This document shows positions 10,264 through 19,886 of a stretch of 64,000 bases of DNA, piece after piece. Below the pieces are notes generated by a model, which did no database searches, had not been told where the DNA came from, and saw nothing but the letters and a program-made list of their open reading frames with translations. The stretch comes from Minisyncoccia bacterium (lineage in GTDB: Bacteria; Patescibacteriota; Minisyncoccia; Phycocordibacterales; UBA918). The first letter of the stretch is position 1; each line of letters begins with the position of its first letter. The DNA lies in NCBI GenBank assembly GCA_041750655.1, contig JBGSYZ010000017.1, forward strand, positions 68,142-132,141. Reading direction: 5' to 3'. A program made the translations under genes and the position numbers.

Positions 10264-10763
10264 CTGTTAAAAAATTGGAGCCAAAGTTTTTCGCCGTAGA
10301 GGATAGCGGCGAGCCAGATGGTGACCCAGAGAAAGGAGAGGATGAGGTCGTAGGCGAAGAAGCGGCGAAGTTTAATGTTGAAGGTGCCGATGATGAGGCC
10401 ATGGAGGGGACGGAAGAAGGTAATAAAACGACCGACAATCATGAAGAGGAGGAGGCCGCGCGTGCGCAAAAAGTCTTCGGCTTTTTGCGCACGCTCCCCA
10501 CTCAATCTCTTTTGTACAAAATTCGTATTATGAAAAAGTCGACCAACCCAATAATTTATTTGGTTACCCAGCAGAGTGCCAGCTAAAGCCGCAATTATTA
10601 CTTCCGGAACTGTTATCATTCCTGACATAAGCATCATGCCTACCGCACCAAGAGTAGCGCCACCATACAATATAAGTCCAGTTAGAAAAAAAATATCCAA
10701 GACCGAGGCAACAAAAATAACTAGTGGTGCGTAGTGTGAGAGTTGGTACACAACTTCCTGCAT
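10260..10763 (-). CDS. DedA family membrane protein
   Basis: GTLLGNQINYWVGR and GRFITFFR DedA motifs. Confidence 0.9.
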   Translation of the reverse strand: MQEVVYQLSHYAPLVIFVASVLDIFFLTGLILYGGATLGAVGMMLMSGMITVPEVIIAALAGTLLGNQINYWVGRLFHNTNFVQKRLSGERAQKAEDFLRTRGLLLFMIVGRFITFFRPLHGLIIGTFNIKLRRFFAYDLILSFLWVTIWLAAILYGEKLWLQFFNS

Positions 10764-10766
10764 ACA

Positions 10767-11213
10767 CTAGCTGCTGGCGAATTTTCTGATGATCTGTTTG
10801 AGACCTCGACGAGAAATAATCCCAACGGGTCGGTTGTCCATATCAACTACCGGGATGCTGGAACGGTTATTCGCAATAGCAGTGGCGATGACGTTAATCA
10901 TATTGTCATCCATATTAAGGGCAATGAAATCACTCGACATGAATTCAATCACCGGTTTTTCGAACGCTGCTTTGACAGCGCCCCGCAGTCCTTCGTCAGT
11001 ATAAAGGCGCTCCATTACCTGGTCGCCATCCAGGTTGTCTGGAACAATAGCTTCTAAAATATCAGTCATCGTAACCTCACCAGTCAGTACCCCGTCATCA
11101 TCAGTGACCAATAGAGTATTGGTCTTATTTTTATCCATCGCTTCAATAGCTTCACCAAAAGTGATATTTTCATTAATAATAACAGCATCTTTTGTTATTT
11201 CTTTAATATCCAT
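10767..11213 (-). CDS. CBS-domain protein
   Basis: Paired CBS motifs LLVTDDDGVLTGEVT and IPVVDMDNRPVGIIS; likely start MDIKE. Confidence 0.88.
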   Translation of the reverse strand: MDIKEITKDAVIINENITFGEAIEAMDKNKTNTLLVTDDDGVLTGEVTMTDILEAIVPDNLDGDQVMERLYTDEGLRGAVKAAFEKPVIEFMSSDFIALNMDDNMINVIATAIANNRSSIPVVDMDNRPVGIISRRGLKQIIRKFASS

Positions 11214-11285
11214 TACTTTTACTATACACCTACACAATTATCTTGTATAGAACCGGTGATTTTTAGCACGTGATACACTTGCTGT

Positions 11286-14200
11286 ATGAAATCTATGGGC
11301 GAACAAAGGGAGCATGATAGGGCGGCGTTTACGGCGGCGTACGCCGCCCTAAACGCCGCTCAAAAGCAGGCAGTTGACACTATCGAAGGCCCAGTCATGG
11401 TGATTGCGGGTCCTGGTACCGGTAAGACTCAAATCTTGGCCCTGCGAATTGCTAATATACTTTTAAAGACCGATACGGCCCCTGAAAATATTCTCGCACT
11501 CACCTTTACTGAGTCTGGCGCCAAAGCTATGCGGGAACGCCTGCTTTCATACATTGGCTCCGCCGCCTATCGCGTGGCTATTTTTACTTTTCATGGGTTT
11601 GCCGAACGACAAATTGCAAGATACCCCGATTCGTATCCCAAAATTATTGGTGGCCGAGCGGCTAGCGATATAGATATAGTAACCATCATTGAAACTATTC
11701 TTAATAGTGGTGAAGTGGAGACGCTACGGCCCGCCGGTAATCCACAATACTATGTGAAACCAATTCGTAGCATGGTAAGTGACTTAAAGCGCGAATATGT
11801 AACTCCAAACAAACTAGCTGAACTAATAATTAAGCAAGAGAACGCCTTGGATAGTATCGAAAAAATTCATGAGAAAGGTGCGCACAAAGGCAAAATTCGC
11901 GGTGAATACAAAGACGCAGAAAAATCGATTGAGAAAAATAAAGCATTATTGTTTGTGTACCGTCATTACGAAGCATTAATGCACGAGAAAAATTTGTACG
12001 ACTTTGATGACATGATTGTAGAGACGGTAGAAGCGCTTTCGAGTAATGAAGATATGCTACGGGATTTACAGGAAACCTACCAATATATTCTGGCTGACGA
12101 ACACCAGGACGTTAATGGTTCTCAAAATAAAATTTTGGAATTACTGGCTTCGTATCATGATAGTCCAAATATTTTTGTAGTAGGGGATGAGAAACAGGCC
12201 ATCTTTCGGTTTCAAGGGGCGTCTCTCGAAAATTTTCTCTATTTTGGCGATCTGTTTAAAGGTACAACCACTATTTCTTTGACCGAAAATTATCGCTCCG
12301 GTCAGGAAATATTGGATGCCGCTCAAAGTCTAATTGAAGTGCCAGACGGACCTTTAAAGGATTTGCGGGTACCATTAAACGCAGCCTATGTTTCTCACTC
12401 TGAAGTTGAATTAAGAGATTTCTCACACCAAGCTGTTGAGGACGATTGGGTAGTCAAAAAAATTAATGAATTGATTGAACAGAACATTCCAGCCAAGGAG
12501 ATTGCAGTTATTGTTCGTTCCAACCAAGAAGTAGAATATCTCAGTCACCTTATTCGAGCGGCTGGGCACAAGGTTAGTGCTTCGGCTGATAGTGACGTGC
12601 TGCATCACCCGATTACTCATACTATTGAAGAATTAATGCGGGCGGTTACGAGTACTGATTCAAAAGCACTTTTCACGATTTTACATGGTGCCTATTGGGG
12701 AATTACGCACATTGATTTGGTAAAAATACTGGCTGCTCAAAGTTATGAAAAAAGTTTAGCTGAGATTGTTGCCGATGAGTCTCTGCTCAAGGAAATTGGG
12801 GTTGCTGACGTTGGAAAGATTTTACATGTTAGTCGAGTTTTAGCTGACGCGCGTAAACGTACCATAACAGAAACACCGCACTCAGTATTAGCCTACATGA
12901 TCGAGGAAAGTGGTCTTAAGGATTTTGTAATGACCACTGATCCATTGGGAGCCGCTCGGGTAGTGCGTCGTTTGTTTGACGAGATTGAGGAACAAGTACG
13001 ACGCGACAAGACAGTGTCGATGGTCGACGTTGTGAATGCTCTATCGCTTCGCAGGCAATATGGTTTACCACTCAACGCCCCCTTTATTACTATTGATAGC
13101 CAGGCAGTGCACGTAATGACTGCTCACAAATCCAAGGGTTTGGAATTTGAGGTCGTCATCGCACCCCATCTGACCGACAATAGCTGGGGAGGACGAACAA
13201 CCCGCGCTAATTTTAAAATTACTATTCCGGGTCAACTCAACGAAGAAGTTCATGACGCAGGCGATGATGAACGTCGGCTTTTGTATGTGCTTATGACCAG
13301 AGCCAAGAGTAAACTTCTAGTAAGTTCTAGTGAGACAAATACTGAGGGTAAGGCGCTAAGTCCATCTCGTCTTCTTTCTGATATTGAAGAAAGTAATCTA
13401 CACATAGTGCCGACCGAAGACATTGAGGATGAATTTGTGCCGCTCTCTACAATAACCACTAGGCAGCCAGATTCAGTCTTAGATACGAACTTTATTACTA
13501 AACTTTTAAGTGAACGAGGTTTTTCAGCCACATCATTGAATAATTATTTGCGGAGCCCATGGGATTATTTTTATCGCAATATCTTGCGTATTTCGGAAAT
13601 ACAACCAGTTCATATGCAATTTGGCACAGCGATTCATAATGTGATGGAGAGAGTGACTAAAGAGCACATGTCGAGCGGAAAGGTGGCCTCAGATACTGAA
13701 ATAAAAGGGTATTTGGAGCGCGAGCTTAATAAACTTCCGATTAGTACGGAAGATTACACTCGGCTCCATCAAAAGGGTCTAGAGGCTCTTTTGGTGTATA
13801 TTCCGCACGTATCTAGTTCGTGGCCAAAGAAAACTCGCTCCGAGATGTCACTACGAGTGGTTATGGATACTGGCGTAGCAGAACTACCCCAACTACCATT
13901 AACTGGTAAGCTCGATCGTCTAGATTTTGATGATGAAGATCATGTTTTGAAAGTGGTTGATTACAAAACCGGAAAACCAAAAACCAGAAATAGTATAGAA
14001 GGGAAGACCGCTTCCTCTGACGGTGGCTACAAACGTCAGTTAGTTTTCTACGCCTTACTCTTAGAACTATATGATGACGAGCGATATAAATGTCGCAACG
14101 GGGTGCTTTCCTTTGTGGAACCAGACAGTAAAGGAGTAATTCATGAAGAAGAATTTACGATTTCTGATGAAGAAATAAGAGAACTAAAGGAAGAAATAAT

Positions 14201-14306
14201 TATAGCCACCAAAGAAATTATCTCTGGAGATTTTATTAAAACTGATTGCGATTCATCGGTTAGCGGTTATTGTCACCTAGTTTCTTTGTTGAAAGAAAAC
14301 AGGTAA
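11286..14306 (+). CDS. UvrD/PcrA-family helicase fused to PD-(D/E)XK nuclease
   Basis: VIAGPGTGKT, LADEHQD, VGDEKQAIFRFQGA, MTAHKSKGLEF, LLYVLMTRA; C-terminal GKLDRLD...VVDYKTG...QLVFY. Confidence 0.93.
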   Translation: MKSMGEQREHDRAAFTAAYAALNAAQKQAVDTIEGPVMVIAGPGTGKTQILALRIANILLKTDTAPENILALTFTESGAKAMRERLLSYIGSAAYRVAIFTFHGFAERQIARYPDSYPKIIGGRAASDIDIVTIIETILNSGEVETLRPAGNPQYYVKPIRSMVSDLKREYVTPNKLAELIIKQENALDSIEKIHEKGAHKGKIRGEYKDAEKSIEKNKALLFVYRHYEALMHEKNLYDFDDMIVETVEALSSNEDMLRDLQETYQYILADEHQDVNGSQNKILELLASYHDSPNIFVVGDEKQAIFRFQGASLENFLYFGDLFKGTTTISLTENYRSGQEILDAAQSLIEVPDGPLKDLRVPLNAAYVSHSEVELRDFSHQAVEDDWVVKKINELIEQNIPAKEIAVIVRSNQEVEYLSHLIRAAGHKVSASADSDVLHHPITHTIEELMRAVTSTDSKALFTILHGAYWGITHIDLVKILAAQSYEKSLAEIVADESLLKEIGVADVGKILHVSRVLADARKRTITETPHSVLAYMIEESGLKDFVMTTDPLGAARVVRRLFDEIEEQVRRDKTVSMVDVVNALSLRRQYGLPLNAPFITIDSQAVHVMTAHKSKGLEFEVVIAPHLTDNSWGGRTTRANFKITIPGQLNEEVHDAGDDERRLLYVLMTRAKSKLLVSSSETNTEGKALSPSRLLSDIEESNLHIVPTEDIEDEFVPLSTITTRQPDSVLDTNFITKLLSERGFSATSLNNYLRSPWDYFYRNILRISEIQPVHMQFGTAIHNVMERVTKEHMSSGKVASDTEIKGYLERELNKLPISTEDYTRLHQKGLEALLVYIPHVSSSWPKKTRSEMSLRVVMDTGVAELPQLPLTGKLDRLDFDDEDHVLKVVDYKTGKPKTRNSIEGKTASSDGGYKRQLVFYALLLELYDDERYKCRNGVLSFVEPDSKGVIHEEEFTISDEEIRELKEEIIIATKEIISGDFIKTDCDSSVSGYCHLVSLLKENR

Positions 14307-14344
14307 CTAAAAAAGGCGCTACCTTCGGTCGCGCCTTTTTTAGT
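14306..14344. terminator. Bidirectional intrinsic terminator
   Basis: ACTAAAAAAGGCGC...GCGCCTTTTTTAGT between convergent genes. Confidence 0.8.
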
Positions 14345-14357
14345 AAAGTAGTCCTGA

Positions 14358-15089
14358 TTACGGATTTAACTGTCCACCTTCAATTTGAGAAAGTAACTGC
14401 TCAACAATTTCTTTTACATTGTCGTACGGCTGAGCACCATTTATTACTCCTTGTTGATCACCAACCATCACAACAGTGTGTGGCGTTCCTTGTCCACCAG
14501 CATTAATGGCTTCAGCTACATCTTGATCAACTTGATCTTTATAACGTCCGCTATCAAGACAAGTTTGGAAGCCACGAGCGTCTACTCCTGCGGTAGTGGC
14601 AAATTCAGGCAGACGAGATAAGTCAGTTGGTTCGTTAGTCCCTCGTTCGCCAAACACCAAATCAGCAAATTTCCAAAACGCATCATTACCTCCCAATTCT
14701 GCTACACACTCAGAAGCTTCGGCAATTTTTGGTGCGTTTGGATGAAGCTGAGCTAATGGAAATTGTCGATACACCCACGCTACTCGTCCGTCTACCCCGT
14801 ATTCATCCATAATCTTATTCATGGTTGAATGGAAATTTTTACAAAACGGACATTCAAAGTCAGAGTATTCAACCATTAAAATTGGAGCATTGGGATTACC
14901 GCGAATATGGTCTGCTTCAGTCACTGGTAACACTTCTGGTTTTGTTCCTTCTTCAGCACCAGGTGTAACTTCTGTTACTTGTTGCGGCGCAGTTTTGCCA
15001 TTATATAAAATAGCTCCAGCTACCAAAGCGGCTGCTAAAATAATTGCGATTGGGATGCCAAGACTTGGCGCTTTCTTAGTTGGTTCCAT
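14358..15089 (-). CDS. DsbA/thioredoxin-family disulfide oxidoreductase
   Basis: N-terminal TM, EYSDFECPFC, GTP cis-Pro loop, GAQPY. Confidence 0.92.
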   Translation of the reverse strand: MEPTKKAPSLGIPIAIILAAALVAGAILYNGKTAPQQVTEVTPGAEEGTKPEVLPVTEADHIRGNPNAPILMVEYSDFECPFCKNFHSTMNKIMDEYGVDGRVAWVYRQFPLAQLHPNAPKIAEASECVAELGGNDAFWKFADLVFGERGTNEPTDLSRLPEFATTAGVDARGFQTCLDSGRYKDQVDQDVAEAINAGGQGTPHTVVMVGDQQGVINGAQPYDNVKEIVEQLLSQIEGGQLNP

Positions 15090-15182
15090 AGGAAATTAAC
15101 AGAAACTTATACAAAATAATATGGGAAGAGTATACCATATATGTGGTTTTGGCATGCTATACTCGAGCAAAATAGTGTAATT

Positions 15183-15992
15183 ATGGATATATTTCAAGCA
15201 ATACTTTTAGGGGTAGTACAAGGTCTAACCGAATTTTTACCAGTGTCTTCTACTGGGCACCTTATTTTAGCTGAAAAAATATTAGGGGTTGAGACTTCAA
15301 ATGCATTGGCTTTTGATGCGATTCTTCATCTCGCCACAGCCGGAGCAGTAATATTATATTTTAAAAAAGATATTTGGATTCTAGTTAATACTGTCCTGAG
15401 ACGATTTAGTCGCTTACCCGTTAACCGTCGGGACATGATACTTGTCTACTCATTGATAGTTGGAACTATACCAGCAGTTATCTTTGGTTTGTTGCTGGAA
15501 TCTTATATGAATGATCAGTTCCGCAACCCACTTTTGGTAGCAGGGGTTCTGGTGCTTGGTTCACTATTTTTTATGTATGCTGAGTGGGTCTACGAAAATT
15601 CTTATCCCCAAAATGAGATGAGTGTAACCAAGGCCATCAAGATTGGTCTTTTCCAGTGTTTGGCGTTAATACCGGGCATGTCACGTTCGGGAGCTACAAT
15701 TTCTGGTGGAATGCTATTAGGTCTGACTCGTCATGAGGCTGCTCGGTTTGCGTTTCTTTTAGCTGTACCGGTTATTTTAGGGGCTGGTGCAAAAAAACTC
15801 CTAGAATTAATTCAATCAAATGACCCAATTCAGTGGGCGAGTGTTGGGGCTGGTGCTATTGCTGCCTTTGTGACAGGTTTGTTTGCGGTGCATTTTATGT
15901 TGCGGTTTGTAAGGAGTCATACTTTGTGGCCGTTTATTTGGTATCGGATTATTTTGGCCGCCTTTGTCACTTTCGTTATTGTTTTTGGATAA
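15183..15992 (+). CDS. uppP: Undecaprenyl-diphosphatase
   Basis: QGLTEFLPVSSTGH and PGMSRSGATI motifs. Confidence 0.96.
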   Translation: MDIFQAILLGVVQGLTEFLPVSSTGHLILAEKILGVETSNALAFDAILHLATAGAVILYFKKDIWILVNTVLRRFSRLPVNRRDMILVYSLIVGTIPAVIFGLLLESYMNDQFRNPLLVAGVLVLGSLFFMYAEWVYENSYPQNEMSVTKAIKIGLFQCLALIPGMSRSGATISGGMLLGLTRHEAARFAFLLAVPVILGAGAKKLLELIQSNDPIQWASVGAGAIAAFVTGLFAVHFMLRFVRSHTLWPFIWYRIILAAFVTFVIVFG

Positions 15993-16207
15993 AAAGTGCC
16001 TTGAGACACTTTTTATCCATTCCAGTCCCCAGACTGGACGGCCGATGTGACGCGCTAGCGGAACCAGGCCGAGGTGGAAAGAACTCAAACTTTAGTTTTC
16101 TCCATACCTTGGCACTTTTCGCCCTGCGCAGCGTTCTTTAGCTAATTTCTGTCGAAGATGAAATTCGGGTTTATAAAGAAAAGGACGTCCAGAAACCCCC
16201 GGGCGCC
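15986..16207. other. Densely structured intergenic region (run of hairpins), possible ncRNA or inserted elements
   Basis: TGGATAAAAAGTG/CACTTTTTATCCA; TCCAGTC/GACTGGA; ~85-nt bulged hairpin around GCCGAGGT/ACCTTGGC; TCTTTA/TAAAGA; GGACGTCC/GGGCGCCC. Confidence 0.5.
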
Positions 16208-16411
16208 CTATTTTTCGAGAAGCACAGCTCTGAGTGTCGCAATCTTGAGCATAACCCACTCTTTGTTGTTTAAGATTCTCCGGCCTTGTTTTGTTTGATT
16301 GAGGCCCTGCCTAAGAATTTGCCGAAGTTCTCTTAATGTCTGAACGCCAGTGGTCTTCTTTGCGTCAGCAATGAGCTGTTCTCTATTTATTAGCAAAAGT
16401 GGTTTTTTCAC
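16208..16411 (-). CDS. Hypothetical basic protein
   Basis: 67-aa ORF, GTG start with strong SD AAGGAGG. Confidence 0.6.
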   Translation of the reverse strand: MKKPLLLINREQLIADAKKTTGVQTLRELRQILRQGLNQTKQGRRILNNKEWVMLKIATLRAVLLEK

Positions 16412-16454
16412 CGTTTCCTCCTTTCTAGTTATAATTTTACACTAATGTCTATAT

Positions 16455-17030
16455 TTAAAAAGGCAAGGTATGCGTCATTGACGCGTCTTCTTTGATAATC
16501 CAGGCGGATGTATCAAGAGGAATATCTTTTTTGCGAGCACCGTCTTTGAATTTTACATGGCCGTTTTTTAAGGCGTATTCAAATATTTCTTTGGTGACTT
16601 TTACATCCTGTTCACAGTACTTTTTAATTTCATCAATTTTACCTTCCCGCCACCAGCGCACGGCCTGTAGGCCGTCCGCTGATTTCTTGGAACCAAGGGT
16701 GGCCTGAGCCACACTATCGAGGCGTAATCGGCGACCAAGCGAGGTCTTAATATCTTCGAGTAAATCAATGCTTTTAATTTGGGTTAAATCACCAGGGTAA
16801 TATTTATTTAAAAGAGGAATATCAAAATGGTTGCTGTTGTAACCAACGAGCGCATCGGCCGCTTCTATAATTGGCCAAAGTATTTCGAGATTATCGATAG
16901 TAGCCGTCGTATATTTGTCAGTGTGACTATCATAAACAGTTCCGACCGAAATATCTAAAAGGGCCGGGTCGCTTCCACCAACGTCTTGAAAAATATTTTG
17001 AGTTTCTAAGTCAAAGACAACGTAACGCAT
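16455..17030 (-). CDS. RNase H-like (DEDD/RNase_H_2) exonuclease-domain protein
   Basis: VVFDLET, VGYNSNHFDIP, YCEQDV motifs. Confidence 0.88.
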   Translation of the reverse strand: MRYVVFDLETQNIFQDVGGSDPALLDISVGTVYDSHTDKYTTATIDNLEILWPIIEAADALVGYNSNHFDIPLLNKYYPGDLTQIKSIDLLEDIKTSLGRRLRLDSVAQATLGSKKSADGLQAVRWWREGKIDEIKKYCEQDVKVTKEIFEYALKNGHVKFKDGARKKDIPLDTSAWIIKEDASMTHTLPF

Positions 17031-17101
17031 GGGAAAGATTGTAACATATACTTTTTTATAAATATGAAAGGGCTCCGCAATACATTTGCGAAGCCCACGA
17101 T

Positions 17102-17692
17102 TTAAACAGTATGTGCTATCTGGTGTTGATTGAGGAATAGTTCTTCAAAGTGCTCTCCCCAACGCTGCCAGATTGGTAATGTGTGGTAGGCACCAAGCTC
17201 GCCGGGAGCTAAGGCAGAAATCTTCTGTTCGGGACGTAGACCCTCAGCCCAGCATTCGACTGCTAAGGCGGTGATTTCGCCGATATTTAGGCCTTTAGCA
17301 AATCGAATTTGGGCAATACATGACGTGTAAAACGGATCGCGTTCACCAATAAGCTCTTTGATCAACATCTGTCCAAAAGGGGTATCGTTGAGAATACTAA
17401 GTCGCCGTTTTGGGTTGTGTTCACAAAGAAGCTTACGCAACTCCCAATAAGAAACAGACTCAGATTCCGATATCTTCCAACCACCACGGTCACCGTTGCC
17501 CATATAGACAATCAGTGCAGGGGATATAGATTTTTTATCACCTAAAAAATTATCAATTCGCTCCAAAGTCTTTGTTCGACCGAGATGATGGAATTGAACT
17601 TTACAACAGAGGTTGGTCAGTTTTTGGATCAACTCCAGTGCTTTGGTAACTTTTGGCCCATCCACAGTCGTAATAACCAGAACATCAGTCAT
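17102..17692 (-). CDS. Hypothetical protein, possible degenerate caspase-like fold
   Basis: SD AAGGAG; LIVYMGNG and ILNDTPFG resemble caspase-hemoglobinase H-G and D-x-C motifs without the catalytic residues. Confidence 0.5.
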   Translation of the reverse strand: MTDVLVITTVDGPKVTKALELIQKLTNLCCKVQFHHLGRTKTLERIDNFLGDKKSISPALIVYMGNGDRGGWKISESESVSYWELRKLLCEHNPKRRLSILNDTPFGQMLIKELIGERDPFYTSCIAQIRFAKGLNIGEITALAVECWAEGLRPEQKISALAPGELGAYHTLPIWQRWGEHFEELFLNQHQIAHTV

Positions 17693-17756
17693 GGTATTTC
17701 TCCTTGTTTACCTAACCTAAGCAGAACAATAACACATATTTAAAGTATGTAAATAT

Positions 17757-19022
17757 TTAAAGCTTTTTAACTAACTCCTCAATATTCCCAAATGTTTCTT
17801 CGCCATCAGTAAGGTTCTTAAGCGAATACTTACCGGTCTTGGCTTCGTTCTCTCCAATGATCAATGCGTAGGTGACCATAGCTTCAGCAGCGGCAGAAAG
17901 TTTCTTGCCAACTTTTCTTGTGCTGACATCGGTTGCAACACTCACGCCAACTTGGCGAATGGCCTGAGCTAGCTTTTGGCCATGCATATTAAACTCTGCA
18001 TCGGTTGGAAGAATCATGACAGTTGGAGAGGTGATGTCAGTTGACATGAGCTCGTGCGTTTCCAAAAAGTCGCGCATAGTGACATCCCCAAACCCAAATC
18101 CAATCCCGGGCACCGCTTCGCCGCCAAAGAGGGAAGTTAGATTGTCATAGCGCCCGCCACCTAAAAGAGAGCGGTTGTTACCCTCGGCTTTGTCTTTAAA
18201 TTCAAAAATAGTGCCGGTGTAGTAATCAAAACCGCGAGCTAAAGAGCGGTCTAGACGAACGTTCTTTATGCCAAGCTCATTGAGTCCAGCTACCACAGCG
18301 TTCTCACCAGCGTCTTCTTGTTCTATCATTTTCTTCACTTCATTTGCTAAATCTTTATGACCAAGTGCTTCTACCATTTCTGCTAAGTATGTACTTTCGT
18401 CAATTTTATCTTTTTTGTCGTTAAGACGAGTTAGTTTTTTAATTGTTTCTTCATTGGTAATACCTAACATCTCATACGCTTTCTTCATGGTTTGGCGGTT
18501 GTTGACCAAAATCTCGAACATGCTTTCATCCGCTCCAAAGTTCATAAAGATTTGGTAGGCCAAAGCAATGACTTCCACATCCACCGAAATATCAGTTGAG
18601 CCAAAAATATCGCAATTGAGTTGCCAGTGTTCGCGCAGGCGGCCGCGTTGGGCTCGTTCGTAACGGAAGAGATTGGGGATGGAATACCAACGCACTGGGA
18701 AGGCTAGTTCTTTTCTTTTAGCGGCAATCATGCGGGCGACGGTTGGGGTCATCTCGGGTCGCAAAGTCACTTCGCGATCACCACGGTCGATGAAAGTATA
18801 GGTTTGTTCGTTGATCATCTCTTCGTTTTCCGCCCCCTTGGCTTTGTATAACGCTGATGGTTCCAACACTGAAGCATTGTATCGTTCAAAGCCAAAACTC
18901 TCAGCCGTGTAGGCCCAGGTATCAAAAATATATTGCTGAATAGCCATGTCTTCTGGGTAAAAATCCCGGACACCCTTATAGGGGTCGGTCGATAGATGTT
19001 TATTACTATTCTCTTTGCTCAT
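17757..19022 (-). CDS. hisS: Histidine--tRNA ligase
   Basis: KGVRDFYP, LRPEMTP, FRYERAQRGRLREHWQ, RGFDYYTG, GGGRYD. Confidence 0.97.
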   Translation of the reverse strand: MSKENSNKHLSTDPYKGVRDFYPEDMAIQQYIFDTWAYTAESFGFERYNASVLEPSALYKAKGAENEEMINEQTYTFIDRGDREVTLRPEMTPTVARMIAAKRKELAFPVRWYSIPNLFRYERAQRGRLREHWQLNCDIFGSTDISVDVEVIALAYQIFMNFGADESMFEILVNNRQTMKKAYEMLGITNEETIKKLTRLNDKKDKIDESTYLAEMVEALGHKDLANEVKKMIEQEDAGENAVVAGLNELGIKNVRLDRSLARGFDYYTGTIFEFKDKAEGNNRSLLGGGRYDNLTSLFGGEAVPGIGFGFGDVTMRDFLETHELMSTDITSPTVMILPTDAEFNMHGQKLAQAIRQVGVSVATDVSTRKVGKKLSAAAEAMVTYALIIGENEAKTGKYSLKNLTDGEETFGNIEELVKKL

Positions 19023-19062
19023 GGGGCTGATTGTACGTAAATGTTGTCTTTTTAACAAGGTT

Positions 19063-19644
19063 TTATAATCCAGCTTGGTCGTGACGATACTGAGTGACTT
19101 TTTGCCGTTCGTCAGCTTGGTGGATTATAAGAGATTTTAGACCACGTGGGTCAGGCATATTCTTGGCTTTAAATTCTTCATTGCTGCCGCCGGCAGTTTG
19201 TGCCTCAATAAATCCATAATTGAGTAAAGTCGGAATAATACCGCTGATTTCGATATTCATATCTTGGAGTCGTTCGAGACGAAATGAGGATAGGTGACGA
19301 CGAAAGAAACCGCGTTGGTCGATAGCAACAATCCGACGATCGGTAATAACCCACAGATCAAGATAGTAGTCAGTAATGTGGTTAGTAAAATGCATCCACA
19401 TTAAAAGTATCCAAGCGAGATAAAAAAACCAGATAGTGCCCGTAAATTCTGAAAATGAATTCATAGTGACAAATTGGTTGACGGGGAGTTCAGCAATAAG
19501 TTTGGACAGAATAAAATAACCGATGAGTGGAAGTAGCGTTAGTAGCAAGTCTCCAATAATAAACATACACATCACGAACCAGTGCTTACGAACAATTTTG
19601 ATTATTTTTTCATCAGCTTCAAGCTTAATCTGTTCAACTAACAT
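19063..19644 (-). CDS. Membrane protein with bacterial PH domain
   Basis: Two TM helices followed by WVITDRRIVAIDQRGFF...LERLQD. Confidence 0.8.
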   Translation of the reverse strand: MLVEQIKLEADEKIIKIVRKHWFVMCMFIIGDLLLTLLPLIGYFILSKLIAELPVNQFVTMNSFSEFTGTIWFFYLAWILLMWMHFTNHITDYYLDLWVITDRRIVAIDQRGFFRRHLSSFRLERLQDMNIEISGIIPTLLNYGFIEAQTAGGSNEEFKAKNMPDPRGLKSLIIHQADERQKVTQYRHDQAGL

Positions 19645-19647
19645 ACT

Positions 19648-19878
19648 TTAAAAAATAATTATACTGCCCATAATGAGAAGAATAACTACCCCAATTCCAA
19701 TATGGAGCATGGTGCCAAGAAAGGCTTGCGACTTGCTGTGACCATAAGTCAGCCAGTGATAGGCTACGATGGCTGAATGAATAGCAAAGACTAGAACTAA
19801 GAATAAAAAAACTAGTGTCAAGAATTGGTCAAGTGAGACGCTAATAAAGGTATCGGGCGCAAGTGGGTTAGTGGGCAT
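19648..19878 (-). CDS. Small two-TM membrane protein
   Basis: 76-aa hydrophobic ORF within an operon. Confidence 0.7.
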   Translation of the reverse strand: MPTNPLAPDTFISVSLDQFLTLVFLFLVLVFAIHSAIVAYHWLTYGHSKSQAFLGTMLHIGIGVVILLIMGSIIIF

Positions 19879-19886
19879 ATTCAGGA

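Noticed and set aside
16050-16135. SRP or 6S RNA
   Set aside because: No SRP domain IV consensus (CAGG...GGAA...AGCAG) and the hairpin is too short for 6S; kept only as an unidentified structure.
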